Source: the human T2T-CHM13v2.0 reference genome, Homo sapiens
Strand: one strand, 5' to 3'
Assembly: GCF_009914755.1 (NCBI RefSeq)
Contig: NC_060930.1
DNA length: 64,000 nt
This document shows positions 16,339 through 31,210 of the stretch, in pieces (the first letter of the stretch is position 1; each line of letters opens with the position of its first letter). The notes beneath the pieces were generated by a model. The model had not been told where the DNA came from and did not search any database. It saw only the letters and a list, made by a program, of their open reading frames with translations. The position numbers and the translations under genes are program-made.

Positions 16339-19259
16339 AAAAAAAATTTTGCTTAAAGAAGTTCTATTTGTTTTTTCTTTACAAATATCTAAGCTGAACT
16401 GATTTAAATTTGAAAGACAACCTTTTCCGTTAACAGGTAGAGAACTCAGGGGAAAAAACGTGTGAAAATGAAAAGCAGTTCCAAAATTTGGTATGTAATC
16501 TTAGTACAGCATTTTATAATGTTTTCTAGAGGTTCCTGGCTTATAGTCTACATATCTAACTATTGATCTGATAGCTATTGTATATGGTTCTACTGTATGT
16601 TTGAAGAAGGGATATGACATAGTGAAAAGAGGAGAAGGTCTTTAAATCCAGAGGCCTGGAACCAATTCCTGGCTATTATAATTAGTAGCTGTGGTGCCCA
16701 AGAAAATAGCACTCTCTGAATCTGCTTCTTCATTTATAAAATGAAGATATTGATAATAATTCTAATCCTATAGGTCTTATAAAGATTTTACAAGATTTAT
16801 TTGTGAAAATCCTCTGAGAACTAAACAACATCCCTTTATATGAGTATGTGTAATATAATATTATATCGTTGAGATAAACAAATACTTTATATCTAATAAA
16901 CAGAAAAAAATCATAATTTTTATAAGTATGATTTATGTATCCTTCAGCAATTACAATGAAGCTAAAGTGTTTAAATTATATTTCCTGGGAAATATAGATC
17001 CCAAGAAATATTGCACTGACATTTCATCTGACCAATGTTAGAGTAAAATTTATCCCCCCCAAAATTAATCATCCATAAAGATGGCAGTAATTACCTTAAA
17101 TTTTAAGCAAAGATAGACATGTTATAATCATGGCATGTTACTAAAATCCAGGCAAGTTATCATGAAAAGGACCTAGTCTCAGCCTCACTTCACAAATATC
17201 TCCCACACTGACCTGTCTTGTGTTCTAAAGTTCCTATCATTCCCTCAAATCATCTCCTGGGAACTTTTTTTGATATGCCAATTCTCTGAGATCAGTAAAA
17301 CCCAACTAGTACCTATTGGCAAAATATTTTTGCCCAAATATGTATATTATTTGAGTGGCTAAATTTTAGCTGAGAGCCAGGACTAAAGACAAAGAAGAGA
17401 ATTCGTGAATGTAGATGCTGGGTAAGATTTGGGAAATCTGGGGTCCAGGAGTCCCTAGCAAGCACTTGAGACAAACCAAGAACCAGGGGAATAGGGAGAA
17501 AAGGGCGTTGTTAACAGTCATTCCTAGAGTGCTCAGGCCTCCAATGAACAAGATGAAATTACATTAGTTCAAACAAGAAGAGCAGCCTTCAGATGAACAA
17601 ATGAGAGGAAAGTCCCTGGAGGGCAGCGATGGGATCAGCCAAGGCAGAGAGGAAGTGATGCTCCTTCCATCGCTCCCAGCTGGGTACCAGTGAGTATCCT
17701 CCACCCATTCCTTGTGAGCACCCAGTGGGACTGGAGCCCTCCGGCTCCACCTTAGGGCTACTTCCAGGGAAAGCCCCAAAATGTGAGCTTTGTCTCAATT
17801 CTGCCCAAGACCAACCCTTGGTCTACACCACGTTCTTATGCCTAGGATGGGATGAGAACAATACCTCAAGCAGAACAGGCACCCAACTCAAAGAAAGGCT
17901 TTTTTTTGTTTGTTTTTAAGTGGGGGAGGGAGCTTAGTTATTGAGTCATTGAGTCAACCCTGTTCTGACAATAATTCTCTTAAAGCAAATTATTAACTGT
18001 TAAAACTGTTTTCCCTGACCAGAAACAGACTGCATATTATAGAAATAACAAATTCAGGGAGTTTCAGTTTCACCTAACATACATGAATTTGAAACCTAAA
18101 TTGGTTTATATGAGACAATGAAAACAATCTTTGAGAACTTTATTGCATCTAAGATAGATTTTACTCCTCACAACAGGAAGTGGAACCCGTGAACTAGTCC
18201 GTTTCAAAATGATCTTGCATGTGGTTTTTCGCTAGGTAAGTAAAAAAAAAAAAAAAGCAAGCAACCAGTTGAGCATTTTATGAGATGGTTTTTCAATAGG
18301 GGAAATTATAACTTGCTATCATCATAAATATTCAGAGCCTAGTAAGATATTTTCTCATTCTATTTTCTTCCAGTTTGAATGTTATAGGTAAAACTAAAAA
18401 ATTATTCTTAAAATCTGATTTTGCCCTAACTTACTTCTAAAGTTGAGGGGAAATTTTTCTTTGAAAATATGTATTTCTTTTTCATTGAAGAAGTGTATTT
18501 TTCTTTAACTTTTTAAAAGATGGTTCAAAAACTTCATTTGGCCACGAATCACTCAAAAACACATGGAAATATACAAAAGACCCAGTAGAAAATATACAAA
18601 GGAAACTCCTTTGATATTGAATGTTGGGGCTAACGCCCAGGTTACGGGTAACTGTTATATTGACTTATAATCCATATAGTAGTTGTTAAACCTTGCAGGC
18701 AAAATTTACCCCAAGATGTATTAAAATTCACAGTAAGATGCTCTGTCATTACATCAGACTTCATAGTGATCCTAATCTTTAGCAAAAACTATACAGTGAT
18801 ATGCTGGTAAAATGGGCTCTCTGGTTGCAGGAGCCCTAACTGGTGGCTTTTGTCAATTTCTGTGGTAGAAACCCTCACATCATTGACAGTTTCAAATTAC
18901 CAATATTTTAACAACCAAGCCACAGAAATTCCTGACTATTTTAGAGCCATACCAGATCGGCACAGCACTGATAGAGCTGTTAGGGATGTTCTTCCAGAAA
19001 CCCCTGACATCTCCACAAACGTTTTTTATCCTTCCCAGAAAAATAGACTCAACTTTTTAAAGGAGATTCTAAAGCATCCAATTAATAGACATTTACCTGT
19101 GAAAACATGAAAAGCTTGCTTAATTTTTTCAGAAGACTAACCACCTTAAATAATACTTAATACATTAATTGAAATAATCTGTCATAGTAGTGGATAATGA
19201 AGAAAGACAATAGACATTCTAACAATAATAACAGAAGCAGTAATAAAAACAATGACAGA

Positions 19260-19385
19260 GGTTGGATGTGATGACTCACGCCTATGTCAGTGATTTGGGA
19301 GGCCGGGGTGGGAGGATGTCTTGAGCCCAGGAGCTCAAAACTGGCCTGGACAACATAACAAGATCCCATCTCTTATTTTAAAAAA
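19260..19385 (+). mobile_element. FLAM / free left Alu monomer
   Basis: Diverged left-monomer body; flanked by aaaacaatgacag / acacaatgacag TSD. Confidence 0.8.
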
Positions 19386-20383
19386 ACACAATGACAGCTA
19401 AAACATATGAATAAAGCTTAATAATCATATCATGCTCGCATGTGCCAGGCGCTGCTCTGAGTCTTTTCAAGATTACTAGCATTGAACTCTCATAGCCACC
19501 TTTCTGGCTCAGGTGCTATTATTATATCCACTTTACAGAAGTGGAAATTAAAGCAAACGGAGCTTCAGAATTTTGCCCAAAGTCACCAAAGTAAATGGTA
19601 AAGTGAAAATAGGTATTTCAAGAATAAAACTCTGCATAGTAAACTGTTAGGATATTTGTTTGCATTGTTGCTGTTTTGTTAAGAAGTAGGGCAGGGAAGC
19701 AAGGACTAGAGATTGTGGCGAAGATGGATACCACAGCACTTTCCACCTAGAAGAGGAAAAGAAGAAATGAAAGGAGGACTGGGAAGAAGGGGAGGAAGGA
19801 AGGGAGAGGAGATAAGGAGCTGCAGGAAGGGTGCAAGAGAAGACGGAAGAAGGAGGAAGACAATGTAGAAAGTGGGGAAGAGCAAAGTTCCAGGGAAAAT
19901 CGTGGAGTTTCTAGCTGAAACAATTGCAATAAATGACTTAGCACCATAGAGAACACAGTTAGAAATGTACATATTGTTTCAGCAGTAAAGATACTGAGTT
20001 TGATAAACATGTGAGACATCTAAGTGGAAATACTTGGTATACAGCAGTATATAAGGGATTAGATATTGGGAGGAAAATCTGGAATAAAGACATAAAATGT
20101 TGACTTGTCACTGTATAAAGAGTAGAAGTCTCATGTTTTGGTCAGATCACCCAGAGAATGTATAGAATGACAAACGCTCAACATCAGAATCCAAAGGAAA
20201 ACCAACATGCCCCAGAAAAGCAATAGAAGCCCAGCAAGGGGACTGTGCCATTAACAGCCAAAGAAAAAGTAAAGAGAGGCAGGAGAGAAGGTTGTCGTGG
20301 AGCAGAGGGAGGAATACAAGAGAAAGGTAGGTCCAAACCTTCCAGTACTGTCAGTGTGAAAAAACAAAGGACGAGCTCCTCTT

Positions 20384-20732
<349 letters not shown>

Positions 20733-21177
20733 CTATTGTGTGGGGCTACAAGACCAATCCGAGTGGGTTGAGAGATGAGTGGGAATTGAAGAAATAAAGA
20801 CAGCATTGCAGACTACTCCTTCAAGAATCTTCACTGAAAAGAGGCGTCATGATAGTAACAGGAAGGCACACTGCCAAAGGACAGAGATTGCCACAGACCT
20901 CCCTCAAAACCAAGCTTCTGTGCTTAAACCCTTTTATTGCAGTAAGATACAGATACACACTTAGAAAGCACTTCAACAATACAGTATCAAAGGCTTCAAT
21001 TATATTCATATTCTAACTCATTGATCATCCATTTCTTTCTGCCTTTTTTCTTTTTGAGATTATTTTTAAGAGAATTAAGTATACTGTTATCTCTCTGTGT
21101 ACTCCTTCCCTTTTTCATTTCCCTCTCATTCTCCTCACATTACACTAACTTGAATGTGATGTTGATCATTTCCTTGC

Positions 21178-21326
21178 TTTTTTTGTTGTTGTTGTTGTTT
21201 TCTCCTTGTAGAGACAGGGTCTCGCTCTGTTTCCCAGGCTGGTCTCGAAATCATAGGCCCAAGAGATTTATCTTCCTCAGCCTCCCAAAGTGCTGGGATT
21301 ACAGGCACGAGCCACCACATCCGACC
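21178..21326 (-). mobile_element. FLAM / Alu monomer
   Basis: (TTG)n tail, then gtagagacagggtctcgc...gagccaccaca. Confidence 0.85.
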
Positions 21327-21329
21327 TCC

Positions 21330-24040
21330 TTTGCACTTTTACTATCTATAAATAATATTTTAACAAAACTAGAAGTAATAACATTAATGCAGACATTTAA
21401 TTTTCACTATTATGTTTTTGTAATGTTTTCACGTTGATACATGTATCTCTAGTTCATTTTCAATGCTGCATAGTACTGCAGTGAAGAAAAATGCCACAAT
21501 GTATCTCTACCTATTGATGCACATTGAAATTATTTACAATGTTATGCTATCACAAAAATGTTGCAATTAACAATTTTGTATAACTTCCATTATTCATATA
21601 TGCAGGTGTCTTTCTGGGCTACCTATGTGTCTGGAAGTGGAATTCCATGATCATAGGATATGTGCATCTTTAATTTTTTAGATATTCCCACGTTTCTTCC
21701 AAAGTGTCCTACTTACAGACCCTCCTGCAATATATAAAATTTAGCTTTCTACAACCAGGAATATGTTTTAGTCTCCTATCTCAGAGTTTCAGAAATCTTT
21801 CCTACATCTCCTTCTACCTGTTTATTTTTTCTCTTTCATTAATGTCTGCTCTTAACTTATTACCCTTTCTTTAAATTTTTAAAAAAATTACTGTTATTTT
21901 TTTTCCAGCTCCTAGAGGTGATGTATATCTTATTTATATTCTTTGCTTTTATTATAATAAAACATTCAGAGCTATACATTTACTGGGAATTTTGCTTTAC
22001 TTGTATCGCCTTGTTTTTCCATTCTAAATCATTTCTTTAGAATAAGACATTGGAATATGTATTTATAGGTTTCTTAGCATATGGGAAATTTTTACTACTT
22101 TTTTTAATTTCTAAATTCATTGCATTTTGTTCAGAACATATGATCTTTATGATACCAATTTCTTGAAATTATTAGCATTTATTTGTGACATTACATAATC
22201 AAATTTTGTAAACATTCTATATTAGTCCATTCTCACACTGCTATAAACATACTAACTGAGACTGGGTAATTTATAAACAAAAGAGGTTTAATTGACTCAC
22301 AGTTCTGCATGGCTGAAGGGGCCTCAGAAAAGTTACGATCATGGTGGAAGGAGAAGGGGTAGAGAGAGACACGTCTTACATGGCAGCAGGAGAAAGAGAG
22401 AAGCAGGAAGCACCAGATACTAATCAAACAACCAGATCTTGTGAAAACTCACTCAATATCATGAGAACAGCATGGTGGAAACTGCTCCCATGATCCAATC
22501 ACCTCCCACCAGGTCCCTCCCTCAACATGCAGAGATTACAATTTGGATTACAATTCCAGATGAGGTGGGGACAGAGTCAAATCATATCACATTCTATGTA
22601 AACCTAAATCAAAACTGCTAATTTTGTTTTCCAAATCTTTTATATCTCTCTTTAATTTTTGTTGCTGGAATTACAACTTTGTTAGCATTTCCATCCTTTT
22701 ATTTTCAAACTTTCTGTGTGGTTGGTTGGTTGGTTTTTGCCATTTCTTTTATAAGGACCATATGACTACATTTTGATTTTTGTTAATATAACATGATTAT
22801 CTGTGCCTTTTCATAGGTGAGTTTAATCTACTTACATTTGACAACATTTTTATTTTGCGGTTTTGGTTTCATTCACTTCATTTACTTTTATTTTTCCCTT
22901 TTTTCTTTCTCACATGCAATTTCTCTGATGTTTAATTTAGTATTTCTAAATTCACCATAAATATAGCATAACTTAGCATATTGTAACTCCTGTTTGAATG
23001 ACTACTCTCTTGTTATTGCAGTCTACATATTTATTTTTCCATTAAAAATGTTGTGTATTATTATTCTTAATCATAAATTTATTATGATTTAAGTTATTAT
23101 TTCTCAATCAGAAATCACAAGTTTTCCTATTTCTGGGATCATCTTTCTTTCATTTATCATATAGCTTCCCACTGGATCCACTTTTCTGTTTAGGAGGGTG
23201 CCTCTTTGAATAGTCCCTTTTAATGAGGATCCATAGGCAGTAAATTCTCAGTCTCTGTGTGTATTGTAATGCCTTTATTTTCACCTCAAAACTGAATGAT
23301 AATTGAGGTGGGTATAAAAGTATTTTCACCCCTGGCACTTTGACTATTTTGATCATTGGTCTTCTAACAACTATCACATTGATCGATTTCTGCTATCAGT
23401 CTGTCATTCATTGTACTTGATTTTTCTTTTCACTCTCTTAAGGCATTCTCATCATCCTTGATATACTGTAACTTTACTGCAATGTTTCTAGTTATGGACT
23501 TATCTTTATTTATACTGCTCAATCCTCTGAGTGAAGCTTTAATTGATAACTTGCATCTTTTCTCAAGCATGGAAAATTTTAAAAGGTCTTCAAATCATGC
23601 TTTTCTGCCATTTTCCTCATTCTCTTCTTTTGGGAGTACTGTTAGATTTGTGTTAGAGATGAGTGATTTTTCTTTCATATCTTAGCTCTTTTTTAATCTC
23701 TTTATCTCTCTATGCTACTTATGTCTTATATCAGTTTTTCAAATCTGCTTCCAAGTTACTAATACTCTTTTTTGAAAGTGTCCAATGTTTATGCCATCTA
23801 TTGAGCTATTGCAAGAAAGGTATTTTCTTTTCTGAAATTTATAAATTTTTTAAAAACCAACTGATACTTTATTATTGGTGCTTGATTTTTCTTCAAAAAT
23901 TTTTAAAAGTTTCTTTGAACCTCGTACTTAAACATTTTGTCGAGCTTTTAACTTTTTATTTAATTTAAAATGAAGCTATCTTCTAATTTTTTATTCTATA
24001 TTCTATCTTTCTTAGCATTGTTATTTGTAAATGTGTTCTG
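21330..24040 (-). mobile_element. Highly diverged L1 (L1ME-like) fragments
   Basis: T-rich sequence with antisense L1 motifs (ggaagtggaattcc...tcatagg; ataggtgagtttaatc; gtaaattctcagtctctg); interrupted by an MST LTR. Confidence 0.6.
22218..22589 (-). mobile_element. MaLR MST(A/B)-type solo LTR
   Basis: tattagtccattctcacactgctataaa...aaatcatatca; 5-bp TSD CATTC at 22213-22217 and 22590-22594. Confidence 0.9.
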
Positions 24041-24045
24041 GGATT

Positions 24046-24421
24046 TGTCTTAGTCAGTTTGGACTGCTGTAACAGAGTACCATAGACTGAGTGGCTTAAA
24101 CAACAAATATTTATCTCACAGTTCTGGAAGCTGGGAAGTCCAACATCAAGATGTGGGCAGAGCTGGTGCCTGGTGAGGGCCCTCTTACTGGTTTACACAT
24201 GGCCATTTTCTTATTATATCCTCACATGGCCAGGGAGAAAATCATCTCTCTCTGGTCTCTTCTTATAAGGGCACAAATCTCATTCATCAGGGTGAAGCCC
24301 TCATGACCTAATTAACTCTCAAAGGTTCCGCCTCCTAAAATCATTACATTGGGGATTAGGGGTTCTATGTATAAATTTGTGGGGATTGAATAGGAGGGAC
24401 ACAAATATCCAGGCTATGATA
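24046..24421 (-). mobile_element. MaLR MLT1A/MSTD-type LTR
   Basis: tgtcttagtcagtttggactgctgtaaca...ctcacagttctggaagctgggaagtcc...ctcatgacctaatt. Confidence 0.8.
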
Positions 24422-24499
24422 GAATTTAAATTTGCAGAATTGCAAGTGAAAAAGTTTTATGTCTTCTCTTTCTCTGCCTTACTATCTGTCTATATGGCA

Positions 24500-24525
24500 T
24501 TCTTTCTCTCTGTGTCTCTGTCTCC

Positions 24526-24561
<36 letters not shown>

Positions 24562-24620
24562 GTGTGTGTGTGTGTCTCTCTCTCACACACACACACTCTC
24601 ACTTTCTCTCTCTCTCTTCC
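24500..24620. repeat. Compound (CT)n/(GT)n/(CA)n microsatellite
   Basis: Direct reading. Confidence 0.9.
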
Positions 24621-24724
24621 CATCTGTGCTTATGGCTCTCTCTTTTGCTGTTTAGAAGTTACCTCTAGTTACTGCAAAACTAGTTCTACAAAAATATCCT
24701 AATTTAATCATAGAGAATCTTGCA

Positions 24725-25094
24725 CACATGGTCCCCAACTTATGATGGATAGTTTGACTTACAATGACTTTATGATAGTACAAAAGCAAAAGCAGTATGC
24801 ATTCAGTAGAAGTTGCACCTCAAATTTTGAATTTTGATATTTTCCTGGGCTAGTAATACATGGTATGATACCTTCACATGGGATTTTCAACACTTTATTA
24901 TAAAATAGGTTTGTGTTAGATGATTTTGCCCGGTGGTGGGCTAATTTAAGTGTTCTGAACATGTTTAAGGCAGGCTATGCTAAGCTATGATGTTCAGTAG
25001 ATTAGGTGTATTAAGTGCATTTTCAACTTAAGATATTTTCAATTTATTACAGATTTATCAGGATGTAACCCCATGGTAAGTCAAGAAACATCTG
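24725..25094. mobile_element. Tigger3/MER7-type non-autonomous Tc1-mariner DNA transposon
   Basis: Degenerate TIRs cacatggtccccaacttatgatgg ... ccatggtaagtcaagaaacatctg followed by TA. Confidence 0.75.
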
Positions 25095-25649
25095 TATATC
25101 CTGTCACTGATCCAGTTGGTGACTAAATTTAGTTCCTGGTTTGGTGCCTGTGTCTGTATCTCCTTCCTCCCAGGGCCCACAACTAGCAAAATGTGTCATC
25201 TCAGGCAGTGATTTGGCAACTGTTTCCTCCATTTATCTTTAGCTCCTTTCACAAGTGAGGAAGCTCCATTGTCATCATGCAGTGAACCTAGCTAGCTCTC
25301 CCCACATTTAGCGGAACATTTTTTACACCCCTATCCCTTAACCTGCAGGCAGAGGCAAACTACTTCCTGCTTCCAGACCAGGTGCCTATCCAGCTCATGG
25401 CTTCAGTCATGCTACACTTTTCATTTCTGATCCACAGAGATGCTTACCATGTTTCTGAGCCTAACTATCATTTTTGGCTTTTTATGTTTTTCTTTGTCTA
25501 TCATTGCTATATGTTGGAAGATGAATGGAATGTCAAAATGTGTACCACCCTTGAATGGAAATCAGTTAATTCATTTATAAGATTCCATCTTAAATCCACA
25601 AATAACAAACAAGTCTCTTCCCATACTGGCCTCAATATACCACCAAAAC

Positions 25650-25987
25650 TTTTTGCTTTTTTGTTTTGTTTTGGTTTTGGGTTTTGTTTGTTTGTTTGTT
25701 TTTTGAGATAGGGTCTTGCTTTTTCACCCAGGCTGGAGTACAGTGACAGGATCATGGTTCGCTGCAATCTCAACTTCCCAGGCTCAAGCGATGCTCCCAC
25801 CGCAGCCTTCCAAGTAGCAATTGGGACTATAGGCACACACCAGGACATCTGGCTAATTTTTTATTTTTTGGTAGAGATGGAGTCATGCCATGTGGCCCAG
25901 GCTGGTCTCAAACTCCTGGCCTCAAGTGATCCTCTCGCCTAGGTCTTCCAAAGTGCTGGGATTACAGGTGTGAGCCACCATACCCAG
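25650..25987 (-). mobile_element. Alu (J-like)
   Basis: (TTTTG)n tail plus diverged body. Confidence 0.9.
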
Positions 25988-27355
25988 ATAACTTTTTTCT
26001 ATTCTGCAGAAATATCAGACACTTAAACAGCTCCTTGCTTTTGAATACTGTATTTCCCTCCCCATTCTTCTCCTGGTTAATGCTTACTCATCCTCTGAGA
26101 TCCAGGTCAAATGGCACCTCCACTATGAAGCCCTCTCTGACATCAGAAGGTGGTTAGTTCTAATACTAACTTCATATTCACCCAGTGTTATTTATTTGTA
26201 GCCCCTGTAATAAGCTATTTATGTTATCTCTGAAGATCTTCATGGTAGGTACTATTTTTATCCTCCTGTTCACAGATGAGGAACTTCAGCTTGGTGTGGT
26301 TAAGAAACTTCTCCACAGATCACGCACAGCTAGTAGCAAAGCCAAGAATGGGACCCAGCCAGTCAGACTCCTAAGCCTATTGTTTAATTATATGTTCTCC
26401 TGCTGTTCTGTCTTCTGTGTTCTCACCATGTTTTGCTATGCCTCTGAAATTGATATTATAATCTGTTTATCTGTGTGGGATACCATGGTACACACACTGT
26501 GGTAACACTGCCTACCCAACGGTCCAACCCAGAGCCTGTGAGTAATCTCAGGTTTGCCCTTTCCCCTCTCCTACACATTTGCTCACGCACCACCCATGTC
26601 CAGGTTGCTTCCTAATATTTACCAAATCTCTCTTTCCTCTCTATCTCCACTATTGCTGCCTTAGTCAGATCCATATCAGTTCTCTCTTAAACAATGACCA
26701 ACCATCTCATTCCTGGACTCCCCGTCTACAGTCTAGATCCTCAAAACCCATTCAACACACCACTGAACAACTACAACTCTGCTTAAAATGCATCAATGAC
26801 TGGCCAAGACTTCAAGACAGAATTGATGTTCTTGAACATGCCATGTCCTCAAAATCTAGCACCTAGCCCAATGACTGACATAAAGTAAGCACTCAAAAAA
26901 ATATTTAACAAAAAGTTTTATGGTCTTATATCAATTTTTCCTTCATATGATGCCTTTAGTAAGCATGATGCCTTCCTATGTGCCTGGCAGATAGTGGAAC
27001 TTTGACAGATGTCTGCAAAGCCATCTACTGCTCGATTACTCAGAGCTGTAAAATACCTTGGCTAATAAATAATATCAGCAAAGTTAAGCAACACAAAAGT
27101 TTCACCAATACCTTTCTCACTCCCAAAGAGGCACATCCATAGAGAAAACCCCATAGGATTGACTGACATGAAACTTGAATTCACAGGAAGAGTTGACTCT
27201 TGGTATTTTCTTGAAGGTAAAATGGACTTTTGCTGAACAAATCTCTAGTTCTACTAAAAGACTATTTCCTTAAAAAGCACAATACCTTTCTCCCTCATCC
27301 TCTTTCAACAAACCCTCCAAATACTGAGAATATGGAATCAAAGAAATATGAAATG

Positions 27356-27763
<408 letters not shown>

Positions 27764-28463
27764 CTATTCCCCAGAGAGCTCTCATGCCCTTCCCACCTAA
27801 GTCCTTGCCACAGGAAATATGTTCAAGTCTCCTGTTTTTGACCCATGTGAAGAGCAGCGTTGGCCCCTTATTTCAACATAGGGTTATGTTGATGTAGCCT
27901 GAAAGCAAACTGCAAAGTTTCAGCTTTTTTTAATTGACCAGAAATGTGAAGAATAAACTCCTCACTTCCACTCCCTGCAGTTCACACGACGAGCACGGAG
28001 ATGGAGTGAGCGGTGAGACATGCATGTTTCATGCAGGCAGAAATCGTGTCTGGGCTGTTGACTACACATAGTCACATAAAGACCGATGCTTTGTGAGTGG
28101 CGAATGCAGAGCTGTCTTGTGAAGTAAACACAGCAAGTACCAGTTTGCTATTAGACAGATCATCCCACAGGTGAGAGTCCAGGCAACAGCAAATAACTTA
28201 ACCACAGTAGCAGACATAAACATGCATTCACATCCACTGACCGTTTCCTTGTCAGCAAGAAAACTGAGCGAAATATCCATGATTTATATACGTAACTTTT
28301 TGTTTCAGGGAAAACATTTTAGGAGCTTTGGGTACAGGAACTATGTATAACAGTAAAAGAGATTATCTGTCTCATTCCCAGTGAGCCCTGTGATCCTTAA
28401 ATTAAGGCTGTTTTCCTTCTTTAGTTGAACAGCGTTACTAAAATCTATCTAAGACCAGAGAAC

Positions 28464-28757
28464 TTTTTTTTTTTTTTGAGATGGAGTCTCTCTCTATCCC
28501 CCAGGCTAAAGTGCAGTGGCGCCATCTCAGCTCACTGCAACCTCCACCTCCTGAGTTCAAGTGATTCTCCTGCCTTAGCCTCCTGAGTAGCTGGAATTAC
28601 AGGCACACGCCACCACACCCAGCTAATTTTTGTATTTTTAGTAGAGACGGGGTTTCATCATGTTGGCCAGGATGGTCTCAATCTCCTGACCTCGTGATCC
28701 ACCTGTCTCGGCCTCCCAAAGTGCTGGGATTACAGGCATGAGCCACCATGCCCAGCC
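28464..28757 (-). mobile_element. Alu (S-like)
   Basis: TSD GACCAGAGAACTTT on both sides. Confidence 0.95.
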
Positions 28758-29050
28758 GACCAGAGAACTTTATAATCAAGCCTTGAAGATTCATATATGC
28801 TAGTATTATTTATTTATTTATTTTAATGAGAAACTGATCATAAAAGAAAGCCAAGCAATCATGATTTCGTGCATAACACTTGGTTATCACCATAGTGTGA
28901 TTCGAGGAAACTTTATCAATATCAAGGACTACATAAACCAATTCTTAGAGAAGTCTGGGGATAGTGCCAAATCTAGTAACTATATTGAAGATTTCCCAAC
29001 ACACAATGAGCCAGATTCTAAAGGCGTGTGTGTGCATGTGTGTGTGTGTT

Positions 29051-29313
29051 GTGACAGGGTCTTGCTCTGTAGCCAAGACTGGAGTGCAGTGGACCACTGC
29101 AGCCTCGATCTCCTGGGCCCAAGCGATCCACCCACCTCAGCCTCCCAAGTAGCTGGGACTACAGACACGAGCCAATACGCCTGGCTATTTTTTGTAAAGA
29201 TGGGGTCTCCCTATGTTGCCCAGGGCTGGTCTCGAACTCCTGGCCTCAAGTGATCTTCCCACCTCAGCCTCCCAAAATGCTGGGATTACAGGCATGAGCC
29301 ACTTCTCCCGGCC
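29051..29313 (-). mobile_element. Alu (J-like) with tail replaced by (TG)n
   Basis: Diverged body preceded by a gtgtgtgtgcatgtgtgtg tract. Confidence 0.88.
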
Positions 29314-30700
29314 TTAAAGTATGAAGTTTATCCAAAGGACAATGGGACATTGAACCAATGTAAGCAGGCAAGTGGCATAATCAGACTTCCATTTAAGAAA
29401 AATTCACTCTCGTTGTCATGTGGCAATTGGATTGGAGGGACACAGGGCCAGAGACAAAAGCCCAGGGGAAGAGGGCAAGAGCTGTGGCTGTGAAGATGGA
29501 GAAATATTTAAGAGACTGAACCGATAGAACTTGGTGGATTGATACTTTTGGATCTACATGAAACTTTAGCTTTGAAAATCCCATTGTTTCATTTAGAAGA
29601 GAGAAAAGAATACTATCAGGTAAACAACTCAGCTTAGCAAAACAGGACAATGCTGTTTGGTATACACATAATAAAATTTCAAATAACACTTAAAATTTAG
29701 TTGTGAATTCTGAGCATTTTTTTTAGCACCACTTACCATACCAGCTTCAGTGAAAACTAGCAGGCTAGGATCAACGAAAGGACCTTAAAGGTATATTCCT
29801 TCCCCCTACCCCCAACAAGATGGTATGCTCCTCATCTTTATACCCCAGCACCAAGCAGTTTGTTCAACCCATATAACTCAATAAGTGTTAGTTTAGTGGA
29901 AATGAAGTGTAATTCAAGATGTGATTAGGTCAAAGGTGTCAAACCTACTGAAACTACCTAGCATAAAAATAGGTCTCCTGTGCTACATTTTATTTAGAGA
30001 ACAAATGACAGCAGAAAATTGAACTAATTTTCTGAATGGAAAGATAAAGTAGGGTAACCACTGAAAAGCTGCTGGAAGAAATGCTTAAAAGAAATGTTCA
30101 GCAGTGCCGCCCAGACACTGACGGCTGTGAGATAAAAATAACGGAAAAATAGACACACGAGGAGAGCTGGCTGATTGACTCTAGGAGTGGAGATGGCTCA
30201 TGAAATGAGGAAGATACATAAATAGCCAGTTCCCACTAATAAGAATAGAATTCGTTTGTACACAAGACCAAGGGAAACAGGTTACCTATTATAGTGGTAA
30301 TGGCTTTAGGTCGGGAATTACGTGGATGATATGTTAGTCCTTTGGTAATCACATCTGTGATCTGATTCCAATACCCAGGGTTATACTTGTAGATGTAGAG
30401 ACTTTAACTTGTCCAAAGCCAATTAAATCTCCAGTTCCTACCCTACCTGGTACAGTGCCTGATGCATGATAGAATCAGGATAGGTAAGGGTAGGTAATAC
30501 TAACTGAATGTTCCAATGAACAAATAAATTTGTTAATTTAAAACACTTAAATGCTCTCTTATTACCTTGATTTCCAGTTCTTCTTAAACATATAAGATGA
30601 ACTTCCTCCAGTTGGAAGATTACATCCTTTCAGTGGAAAAGGTGGAGCAATATAAGAATTAAACATTGCATTACCTTTCCCAAGGATCCAACAATCCTAA

Positions 30701-31050
<350 letters not shown>

Positions 31051-31210
31051 ATGCTTATAATCTTAAAATGGAATTTTTCCTATTTAAAAATTTTCATTTT
31101 TGTTACTCTGAACTTCAACTTCCTTACTCTATTTTTACAGATCTGCAATGTCCATTTGCATTAAATCTTGACCACAGGACTCCCTTTTAGCATCCTGTAA
31201 ATGAGTCTTT

